Assembly: GCF_006345805.1 (NCBI RefSeq)
Contig: NW_021835914.1
Location: 1 to 37,682 of the forward strand
Direction: 5' to 3'
From: Octopus sinensis
Lineage: Eukaryota
Length of the DNA: 37,682 nt
Below are positions 1-11,267 of the stretch, piece by piece. The position numbers and the translations under genes are program-made. How positions within the stretch are numbered: position 1 is the stretch's first letter; each line of letters begins with the position of its first letter. Under the pieces are notes generated by a model that was not told where the DNA came from, searched no databases, and was given only the letters and a program-made list of their open reading frames with translations.

Positions 1-543
1 CTGCGCATGTCACTACTTTTATCTAATGTTTTACGTGTTTTGGCGAATTCACAAATCATATAACTTGTGAATCTGGTCTCAATTGTCATTTGATAATTTT
101 CATACAGCTTCTAGTGATGGCGATAATTTTAATAAATGAAGAATTTCCGTTGTACGGTAATTGACATACAGGTAGTTGCCCAGGTTATTCAGATTCATAC
201 GAGTCTTCGAATTACTCGAGCCCTAACTGTTTACTATCCTGTTCTCTAAAAACACGTCTACAACTGTTTTCTTTCCTCCAGACTATGTGCCTGTCTTCTT
301 CCATTATGGCATGTCAGCTGTGGAGAACACTTGAGGTTATCTCTTCTTCTTAATTAGAGATGTAAATAATTACCATTTCATAGGTATTACACATCGTTTT
401 GAAGCAGAGAATTTTAAAAAATCAAGAAATTTATTTCGTAAAGTATTTTGTGCCAGTATTTTTCCCTTGAATTCTTTTTATTCAGATAAATGCCAACGGC
501 CACTTCGAGTTACTTCTCTTGCCACATATATTTTATAGATACT

Positions 544-929
544 CTAGCAGTATCGCCCGGCGTCGCTCGGGTTTGTTTCGACCTTTAGGATTGGAATTTT
601 TGAAAACTAAATATTTTGCATTATGTAGCTTGTTATTCTCTTTAAGTGAACATTTTCCTGGTTGAAATACACCGAAAAATGGCGACACAGCATCAAAAAA
701 TCGTAAAAAATAGGGATTTTCATAGAAAAAAAACACCTTTTTGATGTAAATAATTTTTGGTGTTAACATGGTCCGATTTGAATTTTTTCTTCTACGGAAG
801 GAAGAGCAAACATTCTTCTATCATACTCTCAATTTTGGTCAACTTGCGCCGCATGGTCTCTGAGGTGATAGTGTTAGTTGAAGGCTACCAAACCTGCCAC
901 ACACAGACAACTTCAGCTTTATATATAGA
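544..929 (-). mobile_element. Non-autonomous Helitron, copy 1 (~386 bp)
   Basis: On the minus strand it starts TCTATATATAAAGCTG and ends CCCGAGCGACGCCGGGCGATACTGCTAG (GC hairpin then CTAG). It aligns end to end with 30283-30675 and 33331-33720. Confidence 0.85.
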
Positions 930-1244
930 AAATAACATTATATGCGTGTGCACGCCTCTTATTTGGACGTACCAGGAAATATTTTTTTCTTTATACGCCT
1001 GTTAATTTTATGAGCACTTCCAGAACATGAAATTTAAACAGAAATCTATGAATCGGTGAGCATATCCTATAATAGAAATCCTGATCGTTTTTTTTGTATG
1101 CGGTTCTTATGTGTAAACATCATAATTACGGATAGAGCATGCTTTGTCATGCATCAGTTTGATCAGGCCAAAATAGGGCCCAAATCACAATAAATAGAGT
1201 GGCCTCGAGTCCCACCCCCATACTTCTATAATCCATTCATCCTA

Positions 1245-1332
1245 TTCCATCCACAACCTCGCCTGGACTTGCACCTCGTAGGAGAACTTTCTAGTGCAGA
1301 CCCATAGTCATTCGTGACTGAAGGTGACCCTT
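1245..1332 (+). mobile_element. Probable SINE 3' fragment
   Basis: Recognised from memory as the 3' part of a cephalopod SINE (…cctggacttgcacctcgtaggagaactttctagtgc…gtcattcgtgactgaagg); not verified. Confidence 0.4.
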
Positions 1333-1462
1333 ATCCGTACCTTAAGCAACTAATTTCTTGACATTATCTAAAACATTTATAAACACATCATATTTCTTGC
1401 CTAATTCCAATCAATCCTTACAATATATCGAAAAGGATTGGAAACATCTTCAGGCTTTCTTT

Positions 1463-1557
1463 AGAATAAGTCCTGGGGTCGATTTGCTCGACTAAAAGGC
1501 GATACTCCAGCATGGCCACAGTCAAATGACTGAAACAAGTAAAAGAGTAAAAGAGTA
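1463..1557 (+). mobile_element. tRNA-derived SINE (family A), 3' fragment
   Basis: Near-identical to the 3' end of the full copy at 15168-15580 (gaataagtcctggggtcga…cagtcaaatgactgaaacaagtaaaagag). Confidence 0.85.
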
Positions 1558-2503
1558 TATTAGACTCTACTGAGATGGCCATGAGATTCAGATGACAGCT
1601 AACTGGCTCCCAAAGTTGGTCCTCTTGAGTGAAATCGAGACTGGACTGGAAGTAGGCCTCATAGATGTCCGAAAATTTGGTTTCATTATCATCTGAAGTA
1701 GTCTCTAATTTTATGCGGCATCTTGCGCAATCGGTCGGGGCTCTTGGCTGTTAATCGGAAAGCTTGGAAATCCGTGTGTGATGTTGAGTAGAGCGTTTTA
1801 AAACCGAATTCAAGGGATTGCATGAAGAGAGGAGGCGACATTGTTATCAACCCCATACAGCTGTTGTTCGGAGCTATTTCAGTGCCCTCGGCACAATGGG
1901 ATCTGTTTATTTCGTATCAAGTTGTGAGACACGTTCGCTCCCATGAAAAACAAGGTGCATGAGGTGGAGGAGGATGAAGATCTTAAATCGACGCTGTCAT
2001 CATCTTTGATGAGATGCCATCATAATAATCGCATACCTTAAAGACCTAATCGATATTTTAGTAGTTTCCAGAAAGAATCTTTATTCCGAAGAGATTTTCA
2101 GGATGAGATTAAAATGCGTTAGAAATAATTCTGGTAATTTCAGATGGAAGAAAGAAAGCCTACCGCGAAATAGTACATTGCCGCTTATAATCTTGCGGAA
2201 ATTTCTTAAAGCATTTTTCAATAACACTTCTCAAAGTATCGCAAAAATAGTAGAATATTTTACACTCGCTGCAAATATCTGTTAATATTCCACTGCCAAT
2301 TTCGCAGTAACCTTTTCCAACGAAAACCCGTTGAACCTTCAGTAATCGTACACTAATCGTATGCAATTTTATAGCTGTCTTCGATATTAAACATAACGTT
2401 TAAATGATATTCTGTTGTGTCTGGGGAGGGTCATTTTCTTTTTGTGTCTTATAATGTAACACACTCACCGGTAAGATTTCCACTTATTTCTTATTTTATT
2501 TTC

Positions 2504-2540
2504 CTAAAATTTTCGTTGCGTCTTGCAACCTTTTCAGTAG
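2504..2540 (-). ncRNA. Degenerate type I hammerhead ribozyme motif (G8>A)
   Basis: Minus strand reads CTA-CTGAAAA-G-GTTGC(AAGAC)GCAAC-GAA-AATT-T-TAG: perfect 5-bp stem II, palindromic AATT stem III, CTA/TAG stem I. The core is CUGAAAA instead of CUGANGA. Confidence 0.55.
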
Positions 2541-2588
2541 TCTTCACTCCTATATGAAGAATCTTGCAAACCAAATCCAAAATGAAAT

Positions 2589-2990
2589 TTAAATGATAAA
2601 TATGTGAAAAGTTTTGATATTTTTTATACAAGTGAGCCACCATTGATTTACCCAATTTTGAAACAACGTATGTCAGCCCAATAGTGAACCTGTTGAGATT
2701 AAGGCACCACGAATATGTGAATAGTTATAAAACTCTTGCCAGACAGCAGACACGTCTTTATCGAGATATTTCTGGATACTTAAAAAATGCCATAAAGCAT
2801 TCAACATTCAATGGGAAATTGCGAAAATGAAAGCGTTTATAAACAAAATAATAATCTTAGTGATTTATGCGTCTCGGAAAGCAAAGCTATTTTCTTCCTT
2901 AATGAAAATATTCTCAGTAGGAACAATGGATTCATTTCATTTTGCAAAAAAAAAAAAAACAAAAAATCATAAATAAAATTAAACGAACAA
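2589..2990 (+). mobile_element. Penelope-like element, decayed GIY-YIG endonuclease C-terminal fragment
   Basis: Frameshifted translation: …TYVSPIVNLLRLRHHEYVNSYK…LKKCHKAFNIQWEIAK…DLCVSESKAIFFLNENILSRNNGFISFCKK. This matches the PLE GIY-YIG tail pattern (YIG…FK.R..H..SF…W.I…C.LC..E…LLN.R.E..S.C.H). Confidence 0.6.
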
Positions 2991-3535
2991 ACATGATTTC
3001 TGCTGAAATTTTACAAGGCACCATACCGTCATTTAATTATATTGTTAATTATTTCATAAAATTCAATAGTGATCCTCCTATTCTTCAATTCATCGACCAT
3101 GTACACGTTAACATGTACACAGCCATAATTAGGTAGATTTAATTACATATGTTTAGATTTAAAGATTTCAAATTATCGTTTTCATACGATTTTTTCTTAC
3201 ATCAGTAGTTTGCAAAGTCATTCTTCAACGTTTCCAGTATTTCTTATACATTCTCGGCTTTCTTTATTACCGTTCAATGCTATATATATATGGGTGTATA
3301 TTATACGTTTGTATAAGTTTCCTTAAAACAGCATATTACATATATATATTATATACTGATCTTTTTCTCTTCTTACGTTTTCTTTTCTCCGTTCCCTTTT
3401 CTCCATATTTTATTCGCATATATCATTAATATAAAGTTTGTTTTCGCTCTAACACTTTTCCTTTCTTGTATAATTTTACCCTTTTTCTCTCCTTTTGCAG
3501 TTCCAAGTCTTTTATTTATTTATTTATTCCTTGCC

Positions 3536-3643
3536 CCCTCCTCCTCCTCCTTCTCATCATCATCATCATCATCATCATCATTTCATATTCATAGGACAGA
3601 TTAAACTGTTGGACGTATATGAAATAATAACAACAACAACAAC

Positions 3644-3686
<43 letters not shown>

Positions 3687-3750
3687 TAATAATAATAAAT
3701 AATTATAATAATATTATAATAATAATGATGATGGTGATGAATGATTAATA

Positions 3751-3793
<43 letters not shown>

Positions 3794-3833
3794 TATAATA
3801 ATAATTATAATAATAATGATGATGGTGATGATG

Positions 3834-3897
<64 letters not shown>

Positions 3898-3899
3898 TA
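3536..3899. repeat. Compound microsatellite (CCT)/(CAT)/(AAC)/(AAT)n
   Basis: Directly visible trinucleotide arrays. Confidence 0.97.
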
Positions 3900-3900
3900 A

Positions 3901-4020
3901 TGTACCAGCATGGCTCAAAACGTTTTGTGCAAATGTGTAGGTAGAACACCTTCACTCGTCCTGGAACACCGCGTATGTCTCGGCAAGAGATTGTAACAAA
4001 CATGCAAATTAAGAGTAAAC
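3901..4020 (+). mobile_element. Probable 3' terminal fragment of an R4/Dong LINE between (AAT)n tracts
   Basis: cttcactcg…gtatgtctcgg…taacaaacatgcaaatta resembles the 3' end of the Dong copy at ~35135-35185 (cttcactcg…gtgtgtttcggtaacaaacatgctaatta). It is followed by an (AAC)/(AAT) tail. Confidence 0.55.
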
Positions 4021-4053
4021 AACAACAACAACAATAATAATAATAATAATAAT

Positions 4054-4486
4054 CATGGGTTGATTCTCGAAAAGCGTACGATAGGATATACCACGCCCCT
4101 GGATAATAACGACAATCGAAATGCGTGGAGTAGCAGAGAATATGAGAAGCGTTATACGGAATTGCATGAAATGCTGGGGAATGGAAATGACAGCAGAGAA
4201 ACAAGTACTAGGAGAGGCGAAAATCAAGAGAGGAATCTTTCAGGAGGACTGTGTGTCCCCACTGTTATTCGTGCCGAGAATGATCCCCTTGTGTTAAGTT
4301 AAGTTAAGTTAAGTTAATTTTTTGGCTCAAAAAGCAAAAAGCAAGGCCTTGTAGTGAAATACTACAGAAAACAAAGTTGGGGTGTGATCTGAGAAGAGGT
4401 ATGGGAAAATTAAACAACATGCTATTCATGGACGGTATGAAACTATTCACAAAAACTGAGGCAGAACTGGACAGCCTAGTCCAGTC
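4054..4486 (+). mobile_element. R4/Dong-clade LINE, decayed reverse transcriptase fragment
   Basis: Translation (small frameshifts) reads WVDFSKAYDRI…WIITTIEMRGVAENMR…VLGEAKIKRGIFQEDCVSPLLFVPRMIPL, then a 54-bp insert, then SEILQKTKLG…INNMLFMDGMKLFTKTEAELDSLVQ. These are RT motifs GIFQGDxLSPLLF and FMDDLKL. Confidence 0.85.
4293..4346 (-). mobile_element. 54-bp retroelement 3' stub with (TTAAC)n tail, inserted in the Dong RT
   Basis: Flanked by CCTTGT at 4287-4292 and 4347-4352. It interrupts the RT reading frame at IPL|SEIL. Confidence 0.6.
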
Positions 4487-4544
4487 CCCTCCGCACCTTA
4501 AATTTAATGGACCTTGTGCCTAGAGTAGAAATGAATATTTTAGT

Positions 4545-4765
4545 AGCTTATTTACTTTATTTGTCAAGTTACAACAAAAGCAGTCTAGGATTCAAGATAG
4601 AGTCCATGGTGTTGCACCATCTGAAGCCATTTATTTGATATCCCGCTGTTTCCATTGCTTGTCGTTCGAGACATGGAACTCCGTTTACTGAAGCTTCCAA
4701 GTTTTCTTGATTGATGAAGCGTTGCAAGCGCAGGAAGTGAGCCATGAATGGAACGTAATCATAAG
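4545..4765 (-). mobile_element. Mariner transposase C-terminal remnant
   Basis: Frameshifted minus-strand translation DY…MAHFLRLQRFINQENLEASVKEFHVSNDKQWKQRDIK…HGLYLES*. This resembles mariner C-termini (HFL..K.F…V…EFF..K…Y..GI..L..RW…DG.YF). Confidence 0.6.
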
Positions 4766-5626
4766 TTACCAATATATTGGCGATATTTGACTGATCACTG
4801 TGTCTTTAGGCTGTATTTTTGTCCCTTCGATTGTGTACCACAGAAAGGCGACAATGTTTTCACTCATATTTAAGAGGGCTTCATTCTAGTGATGTTTTGA
4901 AAACATTTTCAATCTACCTCTATGTTTTAGGAGACAAGGAGAGATAAAAAAAATTTACCTTGGCTCGTTTACGCTTCTAGTCGTCATGCAGAAAGATCCT
5001 GTTGCCCAAAACTTGACATTTCCACAGTACCCTTTACTTAAGGAAAATGATTCAAACATAAATAATCTGTGATGTTTGATATGGTAGAAAAATGGAGTCT
5101 TTGCAGAGGAAAACAGAGCAAAAATGTTGCATGTACTTGTATTTTTTAGTCAGGAACGAAGATTATACCTATAACCACTTAGGGGCTTCTGGAGAAGGGA
5201 GAAGAATGTCGTCAAACTACTTGTCTGCCCCCTGTGCTTGAAATTTGTTGTAAGTTTTTAAAACCATCTAACAACAAGGTGGCGGTGTTAAGACAAGAGA
5301 CGGGTCAAGTCTACCAGCTATGGAGCCTAAGGTGGTATTTGAAGTCAGAACTCAAAGAGCTGGGATAAAAACCACAAGGTATCCACCCTGATGTTTCTAC
5401 AATTCCGTAATCCGTCGCCTTGGAATGGTATTTTTTTTCATGGATGAAAGTCAAATCTGATCTCTTTGTGCGCGCGCACACATAAGTCTGTATATATGTA
5501 TATATATATTATATGTGTGTGCAGGGGTTGAGTGACTGTATAGTGTATGTATTATATAAATATATTCGTACATACCCATATATGTGTATTGTGTAATATA
5601 TGTATATAGTATTTACTCCATTACAC

Positions 5627-5998
5627 TTTTATTTGTTTCAGTGTTGGAGCACCACCTTTAGTCGAGCAAATCGACCCCAGAACTTATTCTTTGTAAGCCT
5701 AGTACTTATTCTATCGGTCTCTTTTTGCCGAACCGCTTAGTTACGAGGACGTAAAAACACCAGCATCGGTTGTCAAGATGTTGGGGAGAAAAATACAGAC
5801 ACAAATATATACACACATATACATATACATACATATACGACGGGCTTCTTCCAGTTTACGTCTACCAAATCCACTCACAAAGCTTTGGTAGGCCCGAGGA
5901 TATAGAAGACACTAGCCCAAGGTGCCACGCAGTCAGCCTGAACCCAGGACAAGGTAGTTGGTAAGAAAGCTAGTTACCACACAGCCACTCCTAGACCT
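5627..5998 (-). mobile_element. tRNA-derived SINE (family A), near full length
   Basis: Reverse complement aligns with 15168-15580, including the A-box head and the internal (CA/TA) microsatellite, with a small 3' deletion. Confidence 0.88.
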
Positions 5999-6893
5999 AT
6001 GTAATTATAATATATATATATATATATATATATCTGCATATTGCTTGCAAACTTTCATATATACATGGCTACTATGATGCATTCAGGTGTAAGTACTCAT
6101 AAACTTTATGCCAGTACAAATAGGCACATCTGTAACCTACACACACTCACACACACGCCCAAAGCGAAATTAATATGGAAGCCAAAAAAGGCGCACGTAT
6201 GTTTTAATAAGGAAAACGACTGATAGAACCTAATATACCAATAAATGAATATGGCGGCGTAATATGGCAGGATATAACACATTCAAAATGGAAGACGAAA
6301 ATGACATAACTGCATTTCCGGTGTATTATATCAGCACTCGCCTCAGAACAAAACGTTAAGCATGAGTCTGTTTACATCTACAGTAAATGTACTCGAATTT
6401 ACAGAGTTTTAAAGTAACGATTCATATGTGAAAGCGACGTAATTAGTCTAGACAGAATGACAAGAAAATTGCCAGTATAATTTAAAGTAGAGAACAGAAA
6501 AATCACAGATTCTATGATTATATTTTCACAAGAGAAAATTTCGAAAGACTTCCTGAGTAGGAAAATTGTTATGAAATAAGTATGGTTTGCAGAAGAATAA
6601 AAACACTCGAAAAACAACAGAAATTGCAATGAAATGGCAGAAAATTAATACAAATATTTTGAAAACAAGAGAATCATTAACAGAAATTAATTCCATTTTT
6701 AGTGAGGCAGGTAGATAGAAGAGGTTAGGATTGGAAGAAGAGAAGAAAAAAAAGTAAAACAACACAGAGAATAATGAAGAAAGACAGAGAAAGAAAGGAG
6801 AAAAGGAGTGTTGAAGATGAAAATGGTCTAAAATACATCCCTGCTCTCACAGCTACACAAAAACATACATGTAGGCGATGATATATATAGTAA

Positions 6894-7195
6894 AAGCACG
6901 TAGCTTAGTGGTTAGAGTATTCAGCTAATGTTCGGAAGTTCATGATTTCGATTCCCTGCAACGCGTTGAGTCCACAAGCGAGACACTCTATTCCACTTTG
7001 ATCCAGTCCATCCAGCTGCCAAAACCAAGCTGTTAATGTATTTTTAGGGTTAAGCTTTGTCACATATGTGTTACTCTGAATCTCCCTGAGAACTACGTTA
7101 GGGTACGCGTGTCTGTGGATTGCTTATCCATATGCACGTTCATTTTACGAACAGGCTGTTCCGTTGATCGCCTCGTCGTAACTGACAGAGTGCCA
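6894..7195 (+). mobile_element. Degenerate tRNA-derived SINE
   Basis: A-box tagcttagtgg, B-box atttcgattcc; the head is similar to 26511-26768. Confidence 0.65.
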
Positions 7196-7300
7196 TTGAT
7201 GTATATACACACATCTGACATCTTTCAGTCTAGAACTGTGGCCGTGCTAAGACACTGCCTTAAAGGGTTTCCAATAGATAGGTTTCTGTAGTGAATTTGG

Positions 7301-7470
7301 AGAGACATGTATTGCTGCGCGGTAAGTGGTTCGCTTCCTAACCATATGTTACCGAGTTCAGTATCATTGCATATCCCCTTCAGCAAGTGTCTATTACTAT
7401 TGTCTGGAGCCGAACAAAGCCTTGTAAGTGGATTTGTTAGACGGCAACTGAAAGAAGCCCGTTGTATTTA

Positions 7471-7501
<31 letters not shown>
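7301..7501 (+). mobile_element. tRNA-derived SINE (family A), 5' half ending at the internal microsatellite
   Basis: Aligns with 15168-15340 (…gccttgtaagtggatttgttagacggcaactgaaagaagcccg…), then (TG)/(TA)n. Confidence 0.75.
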
Positions 7502-7502
<1 letters not shown>

Positions 7503-8375
7503 GTTAGAAGGGCGCAACCTTATAGAAATAGTAGGGATGGTTGTCAACTTTGGTCTATGGAAACTTATGAAATTTTAAAACATCAGAGTAATACAAATCT
7601 GTTGAATAACCGTCTGGAGTTGGGATTATCTTGTATACATTGCACAACCCTAACGTTTAAATACTTTAAATAATAATTTTGTGAGTATTCCTATATTTTT
7701 CAAATTTTAATTCTTTCTAATCAAATAAGAAGAAATATACTATACTAGCTTTCAATTTAACATTCATAGATGACTAAAAAAACTTCACTGCAAACTTGAA
7801 ATTGGAATTTTTTTCTAAATTTAATCTAGCTTTAAAATTAATAAGGCTTTCCCCCAGTTAAAAAATACTATGCCTACTCATAATAATAAGTGATAGGTTT
7901 TTTTCCCTTTTTTCTCTAAATTACACTCTTTGTGAATGGGATTAAGACCATTTGACATCGACCTAGTTTCTCTCACCAAATAGCAGTAATTGGCATGTAT
8001 TAGTGGCAATTGCTGTCTTCAACATGAATTCCTTTTATGGGGTTCCGAAACTTCCTTTACCCCATTTCTACAATTAAAAAATCTTTATTGCTTCTAACCT
8101 TTACAACAGTTAGTAACAGCCATATCTTAGTCAGTCAGTGGAAAGACTTCACTACCTCATATGTTCTTAAAATTTAAATCCACGTCTTTGTCTGTATATC
8201 TACCTTCTCTATAATGTTGCCATTTGATTTGAAAATTTTTATATTAATGGAAATCCTCTATAATTGGCTGATGAGTACTCAGTATCTTAAATCTGTTGTA
8301 ATACTTACAACATTTAATAAAATGATGTAGTACGAAACGATCGTACCAAATTACCGGAGTTATTCTTGTTGCTTA
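7502..8375 (+). mobile_element. Penelope-like element 3' remnant (GIY-YIG tail plus putative pLTR with hammerhead)
   Basis: ORF VRRAQPYRNSRDGCQLWSMETYEILKHQSNTNLLNNRLEL…CIH…* (7502-7673) matches the PLE C-terminus (A.PY….C.LC..E…IL….LLN.R.EL..C.H). A hammerhead lies ~590 bp downstream on the same strand; the intervening DNA may include unrelated sequence. Confidence 0.65.
8261..8353 (+). ncRNA. Type I hammerhead ribozyme with extended stem II
   Basis: TAATTGG-CTGATGA-GTACT…AGTAC-GAA-ACGATCGT-A-CCAAATTA. The catalytic core is intact, stem II is a perfect 5-bp GTACT/AGTAC, stem III is palindromic and stem I has one bulge. Predicted GUA cleavage after 8345. Confidence 0.8.
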
Positions 8376-8380
8376 TTTTG

Positions 8381-8427
<47 letters not shown>

Positions 8428-8689
8428 ATAGCCGTACATCTTTCTGGCTCTCACAGTCGCTCAACTGTTCCATTCCTGTACCGCCGCTAAACTCCCTCGA
8501 GGTCCGCTATTAAATTCAGGCTGTAGGCTGACCTCAGTTGAGAGAAGTAATCAGATGGCTCAGATTAAATGAGCTGCATAAAACTTGCATAGTTTTTCAG
8601 TCCCTTGTTCCGAAAGTTCTCTGAATACATCCTACCATTCACCTTCACATTGCTGCCAATTTCTTGACATGTACATGAAACAATAATTC

Positions 8690-8705
8690 GCATACATACA
8701 TATAA

Positions 8706-8755
<50 letters not shown>

Positions 8756-9564
8756 CCATATATCTATATATTTATCTCTATATCTATCTATCAATTTACC
8801 TATTTATGTGTCTTGTGTGTCTGTGTATGTGTATTTGTGTATGTGTATGTATGTGTACATTGGTATACCAGCATATACGTATATACTTACATACATTCTT
8901 ATATCCCTATATATATATATATATACATATACATATCTACATACATACACACATACACACACACATATATATATATATTCATGCATATTTAAGTACATAC
9001 ATGAACAAGTCAATAATAGACTCCAAGTTACACAAGACAAATGTTAGCCACGTCTGTTATATACTTGATCATATGCCTGCTGTATCCGAAATGACCTTGG
9101 GTTAAATTCTCAGCAACAAGAAAGCGCCAACATCACGCAACCACCACTGCTACCTACCAGTACAACCACCGACACCACTTCCATGCGTTTCGTAATCACC
9201 TGGCCTTTCCTAGCATCTGTTTTCTGACCGAGCCTAATGTAGAATTTATACCAGCTAATATATATCCCATAATAATCACAAATCTTTGAAGCTAACATAC
9301 ATATTACTTTGATCTTAACTTTGAAGATGGGTGTATACGTGTGTCTACATCTGTGTGTATAATTATAAGCCAATAAATATCAAAAACATACACACGAACG
9401 TCAACATACATGTACATGCGTGTGTGTTCATGTGTGCGTGTGTGTGTTTGTATTATATAATATGTAGGTGTACATACATGGATGTATTTAAATTATATGA
9501 ACGTATTAATGTTTTGCTGTGTTTTAATTATTTCATTATCCTATAATTATATATTATATATATA

Positions 9565-9636
<72 letters not shown>

Positions 9637-9651
9637 TATATATACATATAC

Positions 9652-9699
<48 letters not shown>

Positions 9700-9914
9700 A
9701 TATATATATAGAGAGAGAGATTTAGATATATGTAGATATAGATATATATAGATATACGTGTATATCTATATATATGTATATATATATATATATATATGTA
9801 TATATGTTATATATAGAGATTTAGATATATATAGGTATACATATTAGATTTAGATATATATAGATATACATATATTATGTATATAAATATATATATATAT
9901 ATAGATAGATTTGA

Positions 9915-9948
<34 letters not shown>

Positions 9949-10377
9949 GATAGATTAGATTTAGATATATATATATACATACATATATACATATATGCAT
10001 ATACATACGTGCACGCACACACACGCATACACATTTATAATGTTTGTAATTGCTGTTTATATTATAATGGTCTAAGCTGTCTATAGAAATAATTACAGCA
10101 GGCACGTGGAAAGTATTTCATTCCACAAATTTTCAATATATATTTTGTGTGTGGGTGCGTATATATTTGTGTGTGCTTACACCTGTGTGTACGTGTACCT
10201 GTGTACATGCATAGTATACGCACACATGCATGCACAGACACACATACATGCACACATATATATGTACTCAGAACTGTGCTTAAATATTTATACATAGATA
10301 TAAGCGCATATGCACATCTGTATGCGTGTATTATGTATATATATATATATATATATAATATATATATAATATATATA

Positions 10378-10416
<39 letters not shown>

Positions 10417-10560
10417 TATAATATATATATATATATATATACATATATATATACATACACACACACATACACACATATATGTCTTAATGCTGTGTGTGTG
10501 TGGGTGTATACGTACAAATATTTATGTACGTGTATGAGTGTGTGAGTGCACGTATTCGTA
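8690..10560. repeat. Long low-complexity (TA)n/(CA)n/(TG)n/(CATA)n region
   Basis: Visible dinucleotide and tetranucleotide arrays with short unique interruptions (~9000-9340). Confidence 0.9.
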
Positions 10561-11069
10561 GGTATTTGTGTATACTTACATTGAGGCCCACTCAGGCACA
10601 CATACACACGCGCACCTAAGAATGCGCACTTACGCACGCGCACACTCACATACTGGTGAATCCAGTATTACCTGTTCATCTCTCTATGGAAAATATAAAT
10701 GTCGAGATGGTCATGGTTTGAATTCCCTTGGTCACTAATATGCCTCCTTTGTGGGACTTACATGAATATAAGCAGCGCACCATCCTGGCTACACCTAGTC
10801 CTACCCCTATGTATTTGATATTTACTTTGAAATATCATATTGATGATATCAGCTCTCCTTTGGTCAGTGAATCTTAAGTAATGTCGTCTCGAGTCACTGC
10901 ATCAGAATCATCCGGATATGGTCTCCAAAGGATGTTTAAGTTTCGAGATAATGACAGACCTCGATAGGTGCTCATGTGGGGCAAAATAGCGGTTTCAAAT
11001 TTTGATAAAGAGGCAGATATTTCGAAGGGAGGGACTAAATCAATAACATCGTGCCTAGTGTTCAAAAAG

Positions 11070-11137
11070 TTACTTGCTTTATCGACACCGAAAGGATGAA
11101 AGGCAAGGTCGAGATCAGCGGAATTTGAACTCAGAAC
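11070..11137 (-). mobile_element. SINE (family B) internal fragment
   Basis: Reverse complement matches 26323-26400 (gagttcaaattccgc…gcctttcatcctttcgg…gtcgat). Confidence 0.75.
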
Positions 11138-11217
11138 ATTTTACAACTAATAATAACAACAACAAAAAAAGAGCTGATATCATATATATATATATATGTA
11201 TATGAAATTTTGAATTT

Positions 11218-11267
11218 AGTTCACGAACCGCCAGGTCAATCTGCGGACCACAGATTGGGAACCACTG
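11218..11267. mobile_element. Probable hAT MITE terminus
   Basis: Ends …GATTGGGAACCACTG, similar to the TIR of the element at 13108-13540 (CAGTGGTTCTCAACC). Confidence 0.45.

Noticed and set aside
533-1005. ORFs 533-769 and 757-1005 (similar to 30499-30732)
   Set aside because: They lie in or run out of the non-autonomous Helitron copies; their similarity reflects the repeat, not a gene family.
1340-1456. Minus-strand CTGAAGA followed by paired segments (possible fifth hammerhead)
   Set aside because: I could not assemble a GAAA, stem III, NUH and stem I set; at best a truncated remnant.
1760-2380. Possible Penelope ORF remnant on the minus strand behind the hammerhead
   Set aside because: Only a vague GT.IAP-like match with many stops; not supportable without a translated search.
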